Below, in pieces: positions 63,797 through 64,000 of a stretch of DNA of 64,000 nt; within the stretch, counting starts at the first letter, position 1; each line of letters opens with the position of its first letter. The DNA lies in NCBI GenBank assembly GCA_035292685.1, contig DATDPP010000079.1:102300-166299 (forward strand), in the 5' to 3' direction. The notes under the pieces are model-generated. The model was not told the DNA's origin, did no database searches, and was given only the letters and a program-made list of their open reading frames with translations. This DNA comes from Acidimicrobiia bacterium (GTDB taxonomy: Bacteria; Actinomycetota; Acidimicrobiia; Spongiisociales; ZC4RG35). The position numbers and the translations under genes were made by a program.

Positions 63797-64000
63797 ATGA
63801 GAACCCGTGGCGACGACCCTCGAAAAGAGAAGACTTCCCTGGCCCCTGGGCTTCTATAGGTCAGCGATCGGCAAGAAATGGGTCATGGCGATCACCGGTC
63901 TCGCCATCATCTTCTTCGTTCTGGCCCACATGATCGGCAACTGGAAGATCTTCCTCGCCGACGTCGACGGCATCCCCGACATCGATATCTACGCCGACGC
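63797..64000 (+). CDS. succinate dehydrogenase/fumarate reductase cytochrome b subunit (b558-type), N-terminal fragment; 3' end lies outside the window
   Basis: GTG 63797 gives FYRSAIGKKWVMAITGLAIIFFVLAHMIGNWKIF, open to the window end. Confidence 0.7.

Noticed and set aside
1-64000. CRISPR arrays, rRNA genes, transposases/integrases, prophage blocks
   Set aside because: I saw no regularly spaced direct repeats, no rRNA-like conserved stretches, and no DDE, tyrosine or serine recombinase motifs in any frame.

Overview
High-GC, densely coding chromosomal segment that looks actinobacterial: it carries WhiB, the proteasome activator Bpa, menaquinone genes, gltX-FAH synteny and an Ssd/TadZ-type Tad locus. 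I call about 73 protein-coding genes or pseudogenes and 3 tRNAs. I found no rRNA, CRISPR array, transposase or integrase. Layout by region:
- 1-3.3 kb: cytosolic NiFe hydrogenase (group 3b-like) subunits plus maturation genes, including a zinc-finger-less HypA.
- 3.8-10.7 kb: TAT-exported Psr/Phs-like molybdopterin oxidoreductase operon (catalytic, FeS and NrfD subunits, small membrane protein, TorD-like chaperone, unusual multi-cluster Fe-S protein).
- 11.1-13.8 kb: P-type cation ATPase.
- 13.9-21.4 kb: GerMN lipoprotein, then a stress/dormancy-like set (USP, Hsp20, DUF1918, PEP synthase) and an operon pairing an eRF1/Pelota-like protein with a PrimPol-zinc finger fusion.
- 21.5-26.5 kb: SDR, O-methyltransferase, menE/menB/menA, META lipoprotein.
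- 26.6-35.5 kb: RRM RNA-binding protein with a long ORF-free upstream region, FGE-like enzyme, PPDK, MeaB-like GTPase, NifU-like protein, murA, rpiB, thiol-disulfide pair.
- 35.5-46.6 kb: tRNA-Glu, gltX, FAH, ilvE, pgpA, USP, cofC-like gene coupled to a glycerate kinase, SDR, DUF2332, RNase HI, methyltransferase, tandem histidine phosphatase.
- 46.7-51.7 kb: H+-pyrophosphatase, an HNH endonuclease abutting tRNA-Glu and tRNA-Gln, a frameshifted small ORF and a frameshifted amino-acid permease.
- 51.8-58 kb: Tad/Flp pilus locus.
- 58-64 kb: miscellaneous genes, a membrane-embedded PD40 propeller protein, bpa, whiB and the start of an sdh cytochrome b gene.

Most interesting observations: the baeRF1-PrimPol operon, the hydrogenase plus Mo-enzyme supercluster with its MvhD-like Fe-S protein, a 51-bp palindromic element present twice, cofC translationally coupled to a MOFRL kinase, and several homopolymer-associated frame disruptions. 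All functional calls come from reading the translated ORFs and recalling family motifs. No searches were run.
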